From positions 124,001 through 188,000 of the forward strand of contig CDRNVI010000010.1 in assembly GCA_977017575.1 (NCBI GenBank): DNA of 64,000 nucleotides. Reading direction: 5' to 3'. Source of the DNA: Paramoeba atlantica (taxonomy: Eukaryota > Protista > Discosea). The position numbers and the translations under genes were made by a program. Shown piece after piece: positions 44,736 through 55,274 of this stretch (position 1 is the first letter of the stretch; the number at the start of each line of letters is the position of its first letter). Below the pieces are notes generated by a model, which saw only the letters and a list, made by a program, of their open reading frames with translations, was not told where the DNA came from and did not search any database.

Positions 44736-45271
44736 TTGCTTTTTTGGCCTTTTTCCCGGAACACGGAAGGGACGGTGAAATATGGGGGCGGGGGTTTGAT
44801 GGTATGGGCGTGCATTGCGCACGCAGGGGTGGGCAAGATACGTCTGATTGAGGGCAATTTGAACGCCCATCAGTACGTTGAAATTCTGGATCAGAATCTT
44901 GCCCCCTCCATTGAGCAAGTGGGCCTAGACCCCGACGAGGTCTTGTTTCAACAAGACAATGACCCGAAACACACGAGCAAGCTTGCCAAAGAGTGGTTGG
45001 CGAGCCACAGCTATGTGGTTTAGAAGTGGCCCCCGCAATCCCCAGATCTCAATCCTATTGAGAACATGTGGGGACACTTAAAACGGCGTCTCTCTGCCTA
45101 TAAGAAGGACCCAAAGGGAATGATCGAGCTTTGGGACCGGGCCAAAGTTGTGTGGGACGCACTTCCCAGTGCCCTATGCGCGTCTACTGTGAGCATGCTG
45201 CTCACACTGTGAGCATGCCTCGCCATATGAGAGCGGTGATTGCTGCGAAAGGGGGGCATACAAAGTATTAG
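44736..45271 (+). mobile_element. Tc1-family DD34E transposase remnant (5' truncated, internal stop, frameshifted tail)
   Basis: TVKYGGGGLMVWAC, FQQDNDPKH, *KWPPQSPDLNPIENMW, AKGGHTKY*; 34 residues counted between D and E. Confidence 0.92.
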
Positions 45272-45551
45272 TTTTACCTTGTTTTTACCGTTTATTAATC
45301 AAGAAATAATCCATCTTTTTATCAAAAAATCTTCACTTGAAAAAAGTGTAAAAAATGTCTCAATAATATTTTTCACTCAAAGGTGTTACGGGTCCTCGTG
45401 GAAGCTGCTGCATAGGTAACGGCCCTCATAGTCAGTGTGCTGGTACATACCCCTACATAACCCCCATATACTATGATAACTATTCGTCTTTCATTTCAAA
45501 GATAATCACTCAACAAAATATTTTTTCATAACATTGAGACATTTTTTAACG

Positions 45552-46540
45552 TCACTGTACCTTTGAGTCATCACTGTTTTCAGAAAAGCTACAAAAACTA
45601 TCACTGACGTCATTCATGCGATCATCCATGTCTTCACATCCATAAAAATTGCGAATACACTCCAGAATGTTGAAGCGGATTTGCCAGGATTCTTTCCGCT
45701 CAGTTTTTCCGAATCCGAATTTCACGCACTGCAATGCCGCATTACGGCGCAAATCCATGGATGATATTCCGTGATTATATAATGCTGCTGCTTGATCCAG
45801 TGTTTGATCGTCCGATGAGCGGCTTCCGCGTGATTGGTGTGATGGCCCTTCAAAGTCACGAATTCCTTACTTTGATTTACAGTAAAATGTCTGCAGTATT
45901 CCCCCAAGTTTATGTAGCCACGCCACTCATCGGTTACCACCACAGATCGCGCGCTCGTTAAATGTGGGGTAATGAAGTTCAGAAGCGTATGCTGGTCCCT
46001 TCGTTTGACGAGTTTCCAATGGGTTCTCCCCATTTTACGTTCATCTATCTCTGTGACGGTGACGAACCACCATCCGACTTTTCTCACCCGCTTTCCGCGA
46101 TGGTACTTTCTCTTCCCTATAAAGGTTTCATCGACTTGGAGATTTGAAAAATCGAAGTTTGCATTTTCTTGGCGAAAATATGCAGCACTGGATACCATGT
46201 GTAACAGCTTCGTAATGGTTCTCGGACGCACCCCGCGGTTACGGCTTATGTTCCCGGTCGTCAAATTGTTTGCAATATCAGCCCATATGAGAAGCAGAGT
46301 AGTGAGAGTTACGCGTGTGCGGCTACTTAAATAAGGTTCGTACATGAAGGCTCTAGCTCTACAGGCATTCGCAGCCCCCTCCTCCCGATGAGTACACTCG
46401 AAGAACCGCCAGGTATCCTTCATCTCCACCATAAACTCTCCCCCGTGGCGTTTGCACTCTGGTGCTGTCAAAAGGCCGTGATTTTTCATCCACACCTCCG
46501 CCGCTTCCGCCTGGGGAATGTACCTCATATTACGCCACAA
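45552..46540 (-). mobile_element. Merlin/IS1595 transposase, copy 2 (one C-terminal frameshift)
   Basis: LQVDETFIGKRKYHRGKR, VVTDEWRGY, HTNHAEAAH; the tail (ORF 45552..45758) matches copy 1. Candidate terminus GGTAACGGCCC at 45415. Confidence 0.9.
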
Positions 46541-46917
46541 GCGAATGCACGCGAAACCTTCACATCCCCGACAAACTCGATGTGCTTCATGCGGCGGAAT
46601 ATGGCCTTCCGTCCATGTCGCGTGTTCGACAGCATTGTTGTTGTTGTTACGTTATTTGTATGCTTGTGTCTCGAGGTAAGCCTTAAAACGTCTCAAAAAG
46701 GCATCCGACGTATTCCCAGTACCGTGGTCGTTGCTCATTGGAAAAAGAAACGGTAAAAGAAGAGATCAGAGATTATGACCAAACGATCAGTCAAGGAATT
46801 CACCTCGCAGAGGTGGGCATCAAATACACAATCCTGCGGAAGTGGCAGACCTAGGTTCTCAGTGCGCGACCCGCGCGCTGGAGGGCGCGGGTCGCCAAAA
46901 AATATAATTATGTCCCA

Positions 46918-47120
46918 GGGCTACGCTCACAGTTGGGCCTTGCTCGCAAACGGGGGCTTTTGCCTCCAGAAGAGGGCTTCGCTCACAGTTGGGCTTTGCT
47001 CGCAAACGGGGGACTTTGCCTCCAGAAGTGGGCTTCGCTCACAATAAGGCGTTGCTCGAAGGCTGGGGGCTTTTGCCTCCAGAAGTGGGCTACGCGCACA
47101 GTTAGGCCTTGCCTCCAGAC
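46918..47120. repeat. ~56-bp minisatellite, ~3.5 copies
   Basis: gggct(a/t)cgctcacagttgggc(c/t)ttgctcgcaaacggggg..tttgcctccagaag at ~46918, 46974, 47030 and 47087. Confidence 0.85.
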
Positions 47121-47762
47121 ACGTAAACTAGGTGTCGCAGTTTAGGAAAATAAATGCATAATCCTGCGGAAGTGGATGACACAGGTTATCAGTGTTCACA
47201 GTTGGGCCTTGCTTGCAAAAAAACGTGAGTACCATTAGATCTCTACACCAAAAGTCTATTTTTGGATGCCGCTTGTGAAGACTAAAAGTGAAGACAAAGA
47301 ATGAGAGAAGAAAAACAGAATTTTTATAAGCAATATCTTGGCGTATTGATGCACTTCTTGAATCGAAAGGATATCGCGATCAAAAAGCCTAAATGTACGC
47401 CTTGCAAAAAAAGGAAAGGAAAAGATGTGTAGCAAATGACTTTTGTTAAAACTTTCAGTGAACATTATGAACGATTTGCATGTAAATCTCAAATTCTTGT
47501 TTTCACAAACCGTTTTTTTTTAGAGTTTTAAAACAGGCTAAAACCCTAGGAACGAATAGATTTCAAAATGAGCGAAAGAGTGGTGCTGCAACCCCCATGG
47601 ATTCGCGCGGGGGAAAACAAAGGGGGTGCCTTATTCTTATCGAGGGGTTTTATACGAGAACATTTTTGCTATTATTTATGATACACTTATAGAGCAGAGA
47701 TTGTTTTCATCTTGGTGGAGGAAAAGAAACTCGCGCGCAGAACGCGCGGTACCGTTTAAATA

Positions 47763-48501
47763 CAGGGGTGTAAATTTGGATGTGGGGGGGTCTAAAATTT
47801 GTAAAACTTGGCCAATTTTGAAAAATAATAGCGCATTCGAGAGCTCTCGAACAGGGCTCATGAACGTAACAAGGCCGAACTAGGCACAAGGGGGCATTGC
47901 CCCCTAGACAAAGAGCCCCGAAACGCTATTTGTAACTTTCTAAAATAATGCTAAATGTAAAAAATATATATTAATAATTGCTATTATCGTCGATTAATCT
48001 CAATCACAATACAGCATCGCCTTCGAAAGCTCTTCACGGCATTTTCAGGGGCCTTGAAACGCTGCTTCGATCGCAATGATCAAATCTGCACAATTCCGAG
48101 GGGCTCAACCATTTTTGGAGTCGCCCACTATGGAACATGAATTTTTAGCGCGAAAAAGATTGTGTTGTTTCGTAATCGGCAACAAGAACCATGCACCAGC
48201 TTGCTTTTACGTGCTCAGGCGAAGAATAAACACTTTCGTAGTTTTTGTGTTCGGGTGATCGCCCGCAACCCCGTCTTTGTAGCATGAATCAGGGGAGAAA
48301 TCAGAAAAACTGTGAAAAATGCAAGAATTTGCCTCCCAAAAAACTAAGTTTTTTTACGTGCACTCGAAAATCTAATTAACGCAGATGCCGTGCGTGCACG
48401 TTCATGAGCTCAGTTCGAGAGCTCTCGAATGCGCTATTATTTTCCAAAATTGGCCAAGTTTTACAAATTTTAGACCCCCCACATCCAAATTTACACCCTT
48501 G
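47763..48501. mobile_element. MITE family C (739 bp) with ~105-bp TIRs and TA target duplication
   Basis: TA|CAGGGGTGTAAATTTGGATGTGGGGGGGTCTAAAATTTGTAAAACTTGGCC... and its reverse complement ending ...TTACACCCTTG|TA. Confidence 0.92.
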
Positions 48502-48876
48502 TATGTGGCACGCGATTTTGAAGCCGCGAGTAAAAATGGATAAAAAAAATGTAATTTCCTTCGGCCGCGTACCATAAAGTGTAAGTTCGAGATTTTAGAC
48601 CTCAGGTGAGCTCAGGGAGGGGAGTCTGTCGTGATGCGCTTAAACGAAGGAAGGATGACAATTCACCTGCAGACGTCTTTAGTTACGGATAATTTATCTG
48701 AAGCCAAATCTGAATTCAACAAATCGTTGTATGTTATCCGCGAATAAATAACACTGTATAAATAAATCGGTCGCTGTAACCTTTTTTGACAAGAGTTCTC
48801 GATACTTTCAGAATAGAAGAATATAATGCCTAAAATGATTGCATGGACACGGCCATAAGCCTACTTCGTAGAAGTT

Positions 48877-50814
48877 TTATCGAGAAAGAAAGAGAACTTG
48901 CTCCACGTGAGGCGTATGGGGAAAAAGATCCACTGCCAAGGAGAGCTGAGGCGTAAAAGGGGTATTGGGATACTTCTTTGTGGGTCGTTTCATCAGATCC
49001 GTCGCATCCCGAATAAGGGCATTTTGGTTGCATGAGACGTACACAATTTGCGTAATTGATCTCATTGAACGTAACCATCGCACCATATTCCCATGTAGTC
49101 CTTCTCGAGGCGGATCGACGAGCGCTACCACAGAGGCAGAGTTCATCGAGCGCTCGCTTGACTCTGCGGAATCTTTTGACATAGTTATGTTTTCGCCCGA
49201 CTCTATCTTTGGTAAAACTCGTGCTCTCTTCTCTTGCACAGACGATAGCGTCTTCGTGATTTCCGTTAACAAATTCTCTACTTTACCCTCTAAATAGGAT
49301 ACATTTTGGGCATTCTGGGCCTGTGTATTTCGCTTTGCATCTTGGACCGCATCATGCACCGCTTCCACGCCTATTACCCAATGCACTTGGGAGCGCAGAA
49401 ACAAACCCAAGAGTCCAGTGCCACAGCACAGATCTAACAGTATGGTGTCGCTTGAGAGCTTTGCGTGTTGTTTAATTTGTCGTAACAACGCTTCGGAAGC
49501 TTTCGTGTTGACTTGGAAAAAAGACCCAGGGCTGATTAAAAACGGGATGCCATCCATTCGCTCTTCCAAATGCGAAGGACCGAAGAGTAATTTGAAAGGC
49601 AAATCCCAAGGGGCGGCGTTGCTGACCCCATCGTGTTCCTGCCAAAAAATACATCGAACGCCGGAGGAGAATTCGTCGAGCAGACTTTGGTACAGTTTTT
49701 CTCGAGTGTGTGTGTAAGATAACTCTGTGCTATGGTTTGCATCATCCGAATTGTTTGAGTCCTTTTCTTTTTCATTTGAATCCGGAAACCGTGTTGTCTG
49801 TACAATCATCATCGTTTCCCCTTTTTGGTTCATCCGCACGCTGAGTCTTCTCCAGAATCCACAATGAAGACTCTTGTCATAACTCCTAAAAAGAGAAGCA
49901 CAGCGATTGTACCAAAGTTGAACCCACTTCTCAAATCGTTGAGCGATTAAAATCGCGATTTGAGGCGTACAAGGACAGTACTCGGGTGAGGATACAGCAA
50001 AGTGCCCATCTTTAACAGCTCCGAGATTAAACCCGACTCGAGGGAGAGAGGACATGTGATCTCCCTCTTTTTCACACCCCAGGCCAATAGTAAAATCGAC
50101 GCGGTTCCGATACCCGTAGAGCTCAGGAGAGGGGGAGAGACCTGCAAAAGGAATTGCTGGAGGCAATTCGATAGATGAAGAGAAATTGGAAAATCCAGAA
50201 AGTGCTCTTCGATCAGCTTGATAGACCTCGTGACGTATTTTTTCAAGAACCTCCGAGCAGTGTTTGGTCTTCTTTTCAAGCTGAGATTCGTAGGAGAGGG
50301 CTGTCCAGGGAGCAGTGCTGGAGGATGGGTTCGTTTTACGATCAACGTCGCCTTTAGAGCATGAATAATTCTCCATTTCAGATAAAGCTAATTCCGTTTT
50401 TGGACGAGATTCTTTGTCTCTTTTTCGTTTTAGATTTCTGTCTATTGGATCTTCCATATCACCAACAAACACAGGAGTTTCTTTCCATGAGGTGCCTTTG
50501 TGCTTTATTGCACATAAAATTTGACTGGCTGTATTTTTTGCAAGTTCCGAATCGAAAGAAAGAAATAAGTAGCTACTGTTGGGACTCTTTCCAACACGAG
50601 TGCAGCCAGTGAAATAAGACTTTAAGGGGAAATTGCTCTTTTCTTGTTCTTGTTGATCCATCCTAGGTACCTTTTTTTCGAGAATACGTTTGATATCGCT
50701 TTGCGTAAATCGGTGGGACCCAACGAAGATTTTCAATAAATAATCATTTGTGCGTCGGTGAATCAGTGACTCGTTCGGAGTGTTGTGTGAATTCGGACTT
50801 GTTTCACTCTCCAT
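48877..50814 (-). CDS. TRM2: tRNA (uracil-5)-methyltransferase, Trm2/TRMT2-like
   Basis: YRNRVDFTIG, SFFQVN, LLDLCCGTG, VDPPREG, YVSCN, VDLFPHTPHVE. Confidence 0.93.
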   Translation of the reverse strand: MESETSPNSHNTPNESLIHRRTNDYLLKIFVGSHRFTQSDIKRILEKKVPRMDQQEQEKSNFPLKSYFTGCTRVGKSPNSSYLFLSFDSELAKNTASQILCAIKHKGTSWKETPVFVGDMEDPIDRNLKRKRDKESRPKTELALSEMENYSCSKGDVDRKTNPSSSTAPWTALSYESQLEKKTKHCSEVLEKIRHEVYQADRRALSGFSNFSSSIELPPAIPFAGLSPSPELYGYRNRVDFTIGLGCEKEGDHMSSLPRVGFNLGAVKDGHFAVSSPEYCPCTPQIAILIAQRFEKWVQLWYNRCASLFRSYDKSLHCGFWRRLSVRMNQKGETMMIVQTTRFPDSNEKEKDSNNSDDANHSTELSYTHTREKLYQSLLDEFSSGVRCIFWQEHDGVSNAAPWDLPFKLLFGPSHLEERMDGIPFLISPGSFFQVNTKASEALLRQIKQHAKLSSDTILLDLCCGTGLLGLFLRSQVHWVIGVEAVHDAVQDAKRNTQAQNAQNVSYLEGKVENLLTEITKTLSSVQEKRARVLPKIESGENITMSKDSAESSERSMNSASVVALVDPPREGLHGNMVRWLRSMRSITQIVYVSCNQNALIRDATDLMKRPTKKYPNTPFTPQLSLAVDLFPHTPHVEQVLFLSR

Positions 50815-51153
50815 TAAGAAAATGTTGGATTTGATGTCCTAAATAACTGATAATGTTGATATGTGCAATGAATGGCTAGTAAATTCAGCGTCACATGAAA
50901 AACGTTTTAAATTCAACATAAAGATTATGCCTGACGACTCTGCAGTACGTTATGTCGCATAATAACGTATAATGATATACACAACGACAGAACCAGAGAT
51001 AACGGCAAGTAGGAGCTGTAGTGAGAACTACAGACTCTGCGCTCTGCAAAAACTCAACCTTACATCGGAAACAGGATTTTCCTGTTGATACTTCTGCCAC
51101 CCGTTTTTACTTAAAAAGGAAAGTAACGAAAAGTCTTGTGAGTAGCTTGTAAG

Positions 51154-52656
51154 TCATACCGAATCATGCATGGTAGAAGAGTAGTCGTCCCACAGCAAAC
51201 AGCGTAACAAGGGGGAAGCTAACTCCTTGTACTCCTCTCCAATGACTCGCACAATTCCAATCTTAACGGATTTAGGTGACAACGGATGAGAATCCCTTAC
51301 CGAGTTCTGTAAAAATATTCGAGCACGATGTACGCAATCATTCCCTAAAGTGTCTAATAAATGTCTTTTGGAATACTCTTCAGCTTCACGAGGAACTGCA
51401 ACGACTGTGTTTTCAAGGGGTTCCATTTCATGTGGCAAACTAATCGAGCTCTCGTTTCGTTCAAGAATAGCTTCAATCTCATCTACGATATATTGTTTAT
51501 CTTGCAAATCATCCTCAAACTCTAATGTAGCCATTCTTTCCTGTTCATTCGAATCTGTCAGTGTTGTGTAAATATTTTCTTTTGTTGAGTCAAATGTCTC
51601 CGTTGAGAGCTCTACGCTCTGTACCGCTTCCCTGAGATTTCGCACATTTCGTAAATCACTAAGTCGATATTCCTCCTCGTTTGGAGGCGTTGGATAATCG
51701 ACCGGAAGCGGGGCCGCTGTGTTTGATAACACAGAAGGAAAAGCCTTTCGCTCGTTTCTATTTGGGCTTATAAAGTTTTTCAGTCCTGCGCCCCACTCCC
51801 GTAGCTCTCTCCTTAAATACGATGTTTGTAATAAGGAGGAAACCTTGGGCCGGTGTCCTGGATGTAAGGTCAGACATTTATGGATCATGGATACCAAATT
51901 CGGGTTCGCCCCGGGGTGTACAGCGTCGTATTCCCCTGTGACAATTTTTTTCATCAACTCTTTCAGTCCTTTAGCTTGAAAAGGACGACGTAGTGTCAGG
52001 AGTTCATACAAAAGAACCCCAAGGGACCAGATATCACTTTTTTGATTGTATGGACAGTGATTGCACACTTCCGGAGAGAAGTAGTACGGGGTACCACAAA
52101 CGGTATGTGCGAACCCTAACGTATTCTGCAGCGTTGTGGAAATCCCGAAATCTCCAAGTTTCACGAGTCCCCCGGTAGTAAGGAAAATATTGGCCGCTTT
52201 TAAATCTCTATGGAGAATATTGCGCTCATGCAGGTGTTGCAACCCGAGACAAATTTGAAGAAACCAGTGCAGGATTTGTGCATCTGAAAAATAGACCACT
52301 TGCCCGGGAACCTCAAACCTCTTTCGTTGTTTTTTAATCCGAGAGGCTAAATCTCCCTCATCGGCGTATTCCATAATAATATAAATCGTGGTGTCCTCCT
52401 CGATGTGCTCCTCGTAATGAACAATATTGGGGTGCTGGATGCGGGAGAGAATATCAATTTCGCGTTTCACATCGTTAAACTCCTTAGGGGTCATGGTGGC
52501 GGTGTCGATGACTTTGCAAATGTACCGTTTGCGGTTTAAAAGGGATTGGACTAGAATCGCATCCCCAAACGAGCCTTTGCCAATCTCTCGTAGAATGCGA
52601 TAACGGCTGCAGAACGAGGCGGAGTGATCCGGGCGAGAGGGCGTGTTAAACTGCAT
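51154..52656 (-). CDS. NIMA-related (NEK) Ser/Thr kinase
   Basis: GKGSFG, HRDLKAANIFL, KLGDFG, GTPYYFSPE, KSDIWSLG. Confidence 0.95.
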   Translation of the reverse strand: MQFNTPSRPDHSASFCSRYRILREIGKGSFGDAILVQSLLNRKRYICKVIDTATMTPKEFNDVKREIDILSRIQHPNIVHYEEHIEEDTTIYIIMEYADEGDLASRIKKQRKRFEVPGQVVYFSDAQILHWFLQICLGLQHLHERNILHRDLKAANIFLTTGGLVKLGDFGISTTLQNTLGFAHTVCGTPYYFSPEVCNHCPYNQKSDIWSLGVLLYELLTLRRPFQAKGLKELMKKIVTGEYDAVHPGANPNLVSMIHKCLTLHPGHRPKVSSLLQTSYLRRELREWGAGLKNFISPNRNERKAFPSVLSNTAAPLPVDYPTPPNEEEYRLSDLRNVRNLREAVQSVELSTETFDSTKENIYTTLTDSNEQERMATLEFEDDLQDKQYIVDEIEAILERNESSISLPHEMEPLENTVVAVPREAEEYSKRHLLDTLGNDCVHRARIFLQNSVRDSHPLSPKSVKIGIVRVIGEEYKELASPLLRCLLWDDYSSTMHDSV

Positions 52657-52871
52657 GGTTTAACTCTAGAGACGTTGGAGCATGACGTGATTCATGAGAA
52701 AGAGGAGGAGGGAAAAAAGTAGGACGTCTAAAAGAGGTTTAAGAAGTTTAAACAAATATTTATGAGTGTAGCTACTCGAAATCTAATTTTTCATTTTCTC
52801 TTTGGTTTAACAAAGTTCATGGAAGTCTTAAATTTGAACTTGAAAATTCTTACATAATATCGGCGATACAT

Positions 52872-53513
52872 TTAAGACTCATCGAGCAACAAGTGTTGAA
52901 ATAATTTTCGCACATTGACAAACTCTCCTGTGGTGTGCGTATGCGGGAGAGAGAGAGAAGTTGTGTCTTCAGGAGAACGTGCCTCATCTGGCAACTCCAT
53001 CGTATTCTCATTTTCTTGTACGGATAGAGCCACGCAACTGAGTAGCTTTTCATAACTTTGATGACGACGACCTCCAGCCACATTACTGTGTGGTCTTCGT
53101 ATAGGCGCAGCACGACTGCCGTGTGTGGAGTGGAGTGTTTGTATTTCTTCCAACTGTTTTGTTTTTAATGTCTCTATCGCGGCTTGGATTTGTTTTTGTA
53201 CCTCCTTAGCTTCCGAGTGACTGTTACGATCCCCTCGTTTGAGTCGTCGGATCAGTTCTCGGTGTTTTACAAAACCCGTGTTGAGTTCTCGTAATTCTAG
53301 TCGATGTCTTCGTTGCATTCGTCCGAGAGATTCCTTTGGTTTCTCTACAATCACATTCCTTCGTTTAGTGTTTCGACGTGAGGCGACAATTGTACGAATA
53401 GGTTTGCCTCTAGGGATGTGATGGGGTAGAGAGTGGCCTACAGGCTTTTTGGGTCCTCGAGAGAACGTTCGCTGTTCTTTTTTCTTTGTTTGCTGACGAG
53501 TCTTGGTCTTCAT
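52872..53513 (-). CDS. Hypothetical basic coiled-coil protein
   Basis: 213-aa ORF co-oriented with the cluster; Lys/Arg-rich. Confidence 0.65.
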   Translation of the reverse strand: MKTKTRQQTKKKEQRTFSRGPKKPVGHSLPHHIPRGKPIRTIVASRRNTKRRNVIVEKPKESLGRMQRRHRLELRELNTGFVKHRELIRRLKRGDRNSHSEAKEVQKQIQAAIETLKTKQLEEIQTLHSTHGSRAAPIRRPHSNVAGGRRHQSYEKLLSCVALSVQENENTMELPDEARSPEDTTSLSLPHTHTTGEFVNVRKLFQHLLLDES

Positions 53514-53898
53514 TTGTTATGTCATGAAATGTTTAACAAAAGGTTCTAATGTTTCGAACAGGTGAAATCGACTTTTTGAATTTGTGGTGCTTTAAATTGT
53601 GAAACTTGATCCCAACGTATTAACGAATGGTTGTATTACTCTACTAGTAATTCGTTATTCCCAAAGGTAAGTTAGTCATGCTCTATATTTTTTGATTGCT
53701 AATTTCACGTTCATAGCGAAATTTGGAACGCAGAAAGGCGCGATGCACACCGATTTTATAGCCCATTGTCTCCATTTGATCCGTAATTCGCCTTCACCAT
53801 GAGACTTCATAACGTACTGACAATACGCAAAGCCACATATTCGGCAACGAGAACATTGAAGTAATGAAATTCGTCATGCAATTCTAAACCAAATTTCG

Positions 53899-55032
53899 CT
53901 AAAACCGATAGTTTTCCTCCGTTTCTTGTGCCCACTGATATTTTCCTACCAGCGATTTTGTAAAGGCTCGCTGAGGGGGAACGTTGAGTCGTCGACACCA
54001 TGAAAATATAATCCGAGGATCAATATAATTCGCTTTTGAGGTCGTCGTCGAGATACTCTTGCCATCCTCCTTTATCTTTATATTCGCCTTTGCGGTCGCA
54101 AGCTGGTTGCTTACGGTCTGAATTTTATTATCAATATCACTGGGAAAAGCAATACGAGGGGGTCGTTTCGGAGGAATGGATTTCACTACCGCATTCGGGT
54201 CCTCCGCCGCTGCTGCAATTTCTGTGTTAATCATACTTTTCCTTTTTGCAATTTTAAAAAGACTCCAACAGTCTTCATCCTCATCACTGCTGGCTACGTT
54301 CGTTGTGATTACAGAAGTCGTTGGCTTCTGAATCTCCCTTGAATCTCGGCGTCCCATTTTTCGAGGCAATTTTTTAGCTATGGTGGGGTGAACAACTTGT
54401 TTTTGTTGTCTTATCTTTGGTCGTGCTCTATCTAGTTTTTTAGATTTTTCAGATTCGGATACCGAAGATTCTTCGGTTGAGTCTTCCGAACTGCTCACAG
54501 AAGAAGAAGAGGCACTTCCTTCGCTGGTGGTTTCACTATTCGATGTGCTTTCATAGGATGATGAAGAAGTCTCGTCCTCTGTAGATGAGCTCTCGACATC
54601 GTTTCTGCCTTTCGATGCAAGGTTTTTAGAAGAGTTTACCGGAGAAGAGATTTGTTTTAGTTTCAGCGTTTTCTCACCTTTCAAATCGGGTTGAATGTTT
54701 TCTTCTTTTTTACAGGAAGCTGCTTTTGGGGTTCGTTCTGGAGTCGCACGCTCTACGTGTGAGCTTTCACTCTTTTCTTGATGGTTTGACTCAATTTTCG
54801 AATTGATTTCTGGGATATTGCAGGGAGGATTGGGTATTGGCACCTTAATTGGTATTTTTATGGGCATTTTGATTGGTATTTTGATTGGTATTTTGATTGG
54901 CATTTTGATTGGCATCTTGATTGGTATTTTGATCGGCACCGTAGCTGGGGGCCTGTGAGGTTGTGGCACTGCGGTCTCCGTTGGAGACGGTGAGGATGGG
55001 CTCGGCAACGATGAGGTGTTCTCGGCCGACAT
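53899..55032 (-). CDS. DNA topoisomerase IB small (catalytic) subunit of a split enzyme
   Basis: C-terminal TTSKANYIDPRIIFSWC with the catalytic Tyr; the core domain is absent and replaced by a Ser/Pro-rich N-terminus, as in kinetoplastid heterodimeric TopoIB. Confidence 0.92.
   Translation of the reverse strand: MSAENTSSLPSPSSPSPTETAVPQPHRPPATVPIKIPIKMPIKMPIKIPIKIPIKMPIKIPIKVPIPNPPCNIPEINSKIESNHQEKSESSHVERATPERTPKAASCKKEENIQPDLKGEKTLKLKQISSPVNSSKNLASKGRNDVESSSTEDETSSSSYESTSNSETTSEGSASSSSVSSSEDSTEESSVSESEKSKKLDRARPKIRQQKQVVHPTIAKKLPRKMGRRDSREIQKPTTSVITTNVASSDEDEDCWSLFKIAKRKSMINTEIAAAAEDPNAVVKSIPPKRPPRIAFPSDIDNKIQTVSNQLATAKANIKIKEDGKSISTTTSKANYIDPRIIFSWCRRLNVPPQRAFTKSLVGKYQWAQETEENYRF
54838..54940. 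repeat. 12-bp coding microrepeat giving (PIK[I/M/V])x8-9
   Basis: ttttgattgg(t/c)a tandem repeats within the TopoIB small-subunit gene. Confidence 0.9.
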
Positions 55033-55274
55033 TCTAATTTAAGGGAGAATGAAAGAAGAATGTCAGCGTGCTACTATCTTAGAGGAAACAAAGATAGTAA
55101 AATGCATATCGTAAAGCAATCAAAAAAGACAAAATTGCCATTTAAAAACAAGATTAATGACATGCATTCGGACTGAACCTTTCGGATAACCCATGAGGAA
55201 CGCCACGACCTATTTTCTTGTTTTCCTGTGTTTTTGGCTCTATCGATCCATATCCCTTCCATACGCTGCACACT

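Noticed and set aside
39441-46540. Bacterial contamination suggested by IS1595-like transposases
   Set aside because: Merlin is the eukaryotic branch of this family; no bacterial genes, operons or RBS patterns; neighbours are eukaryotic TEs and genes.
46918-47120. CRISPR-like array
   Set aside because: Contiguous whole-unit tandem repeats with no unique spacers; no cas genes; eukaryotic context.
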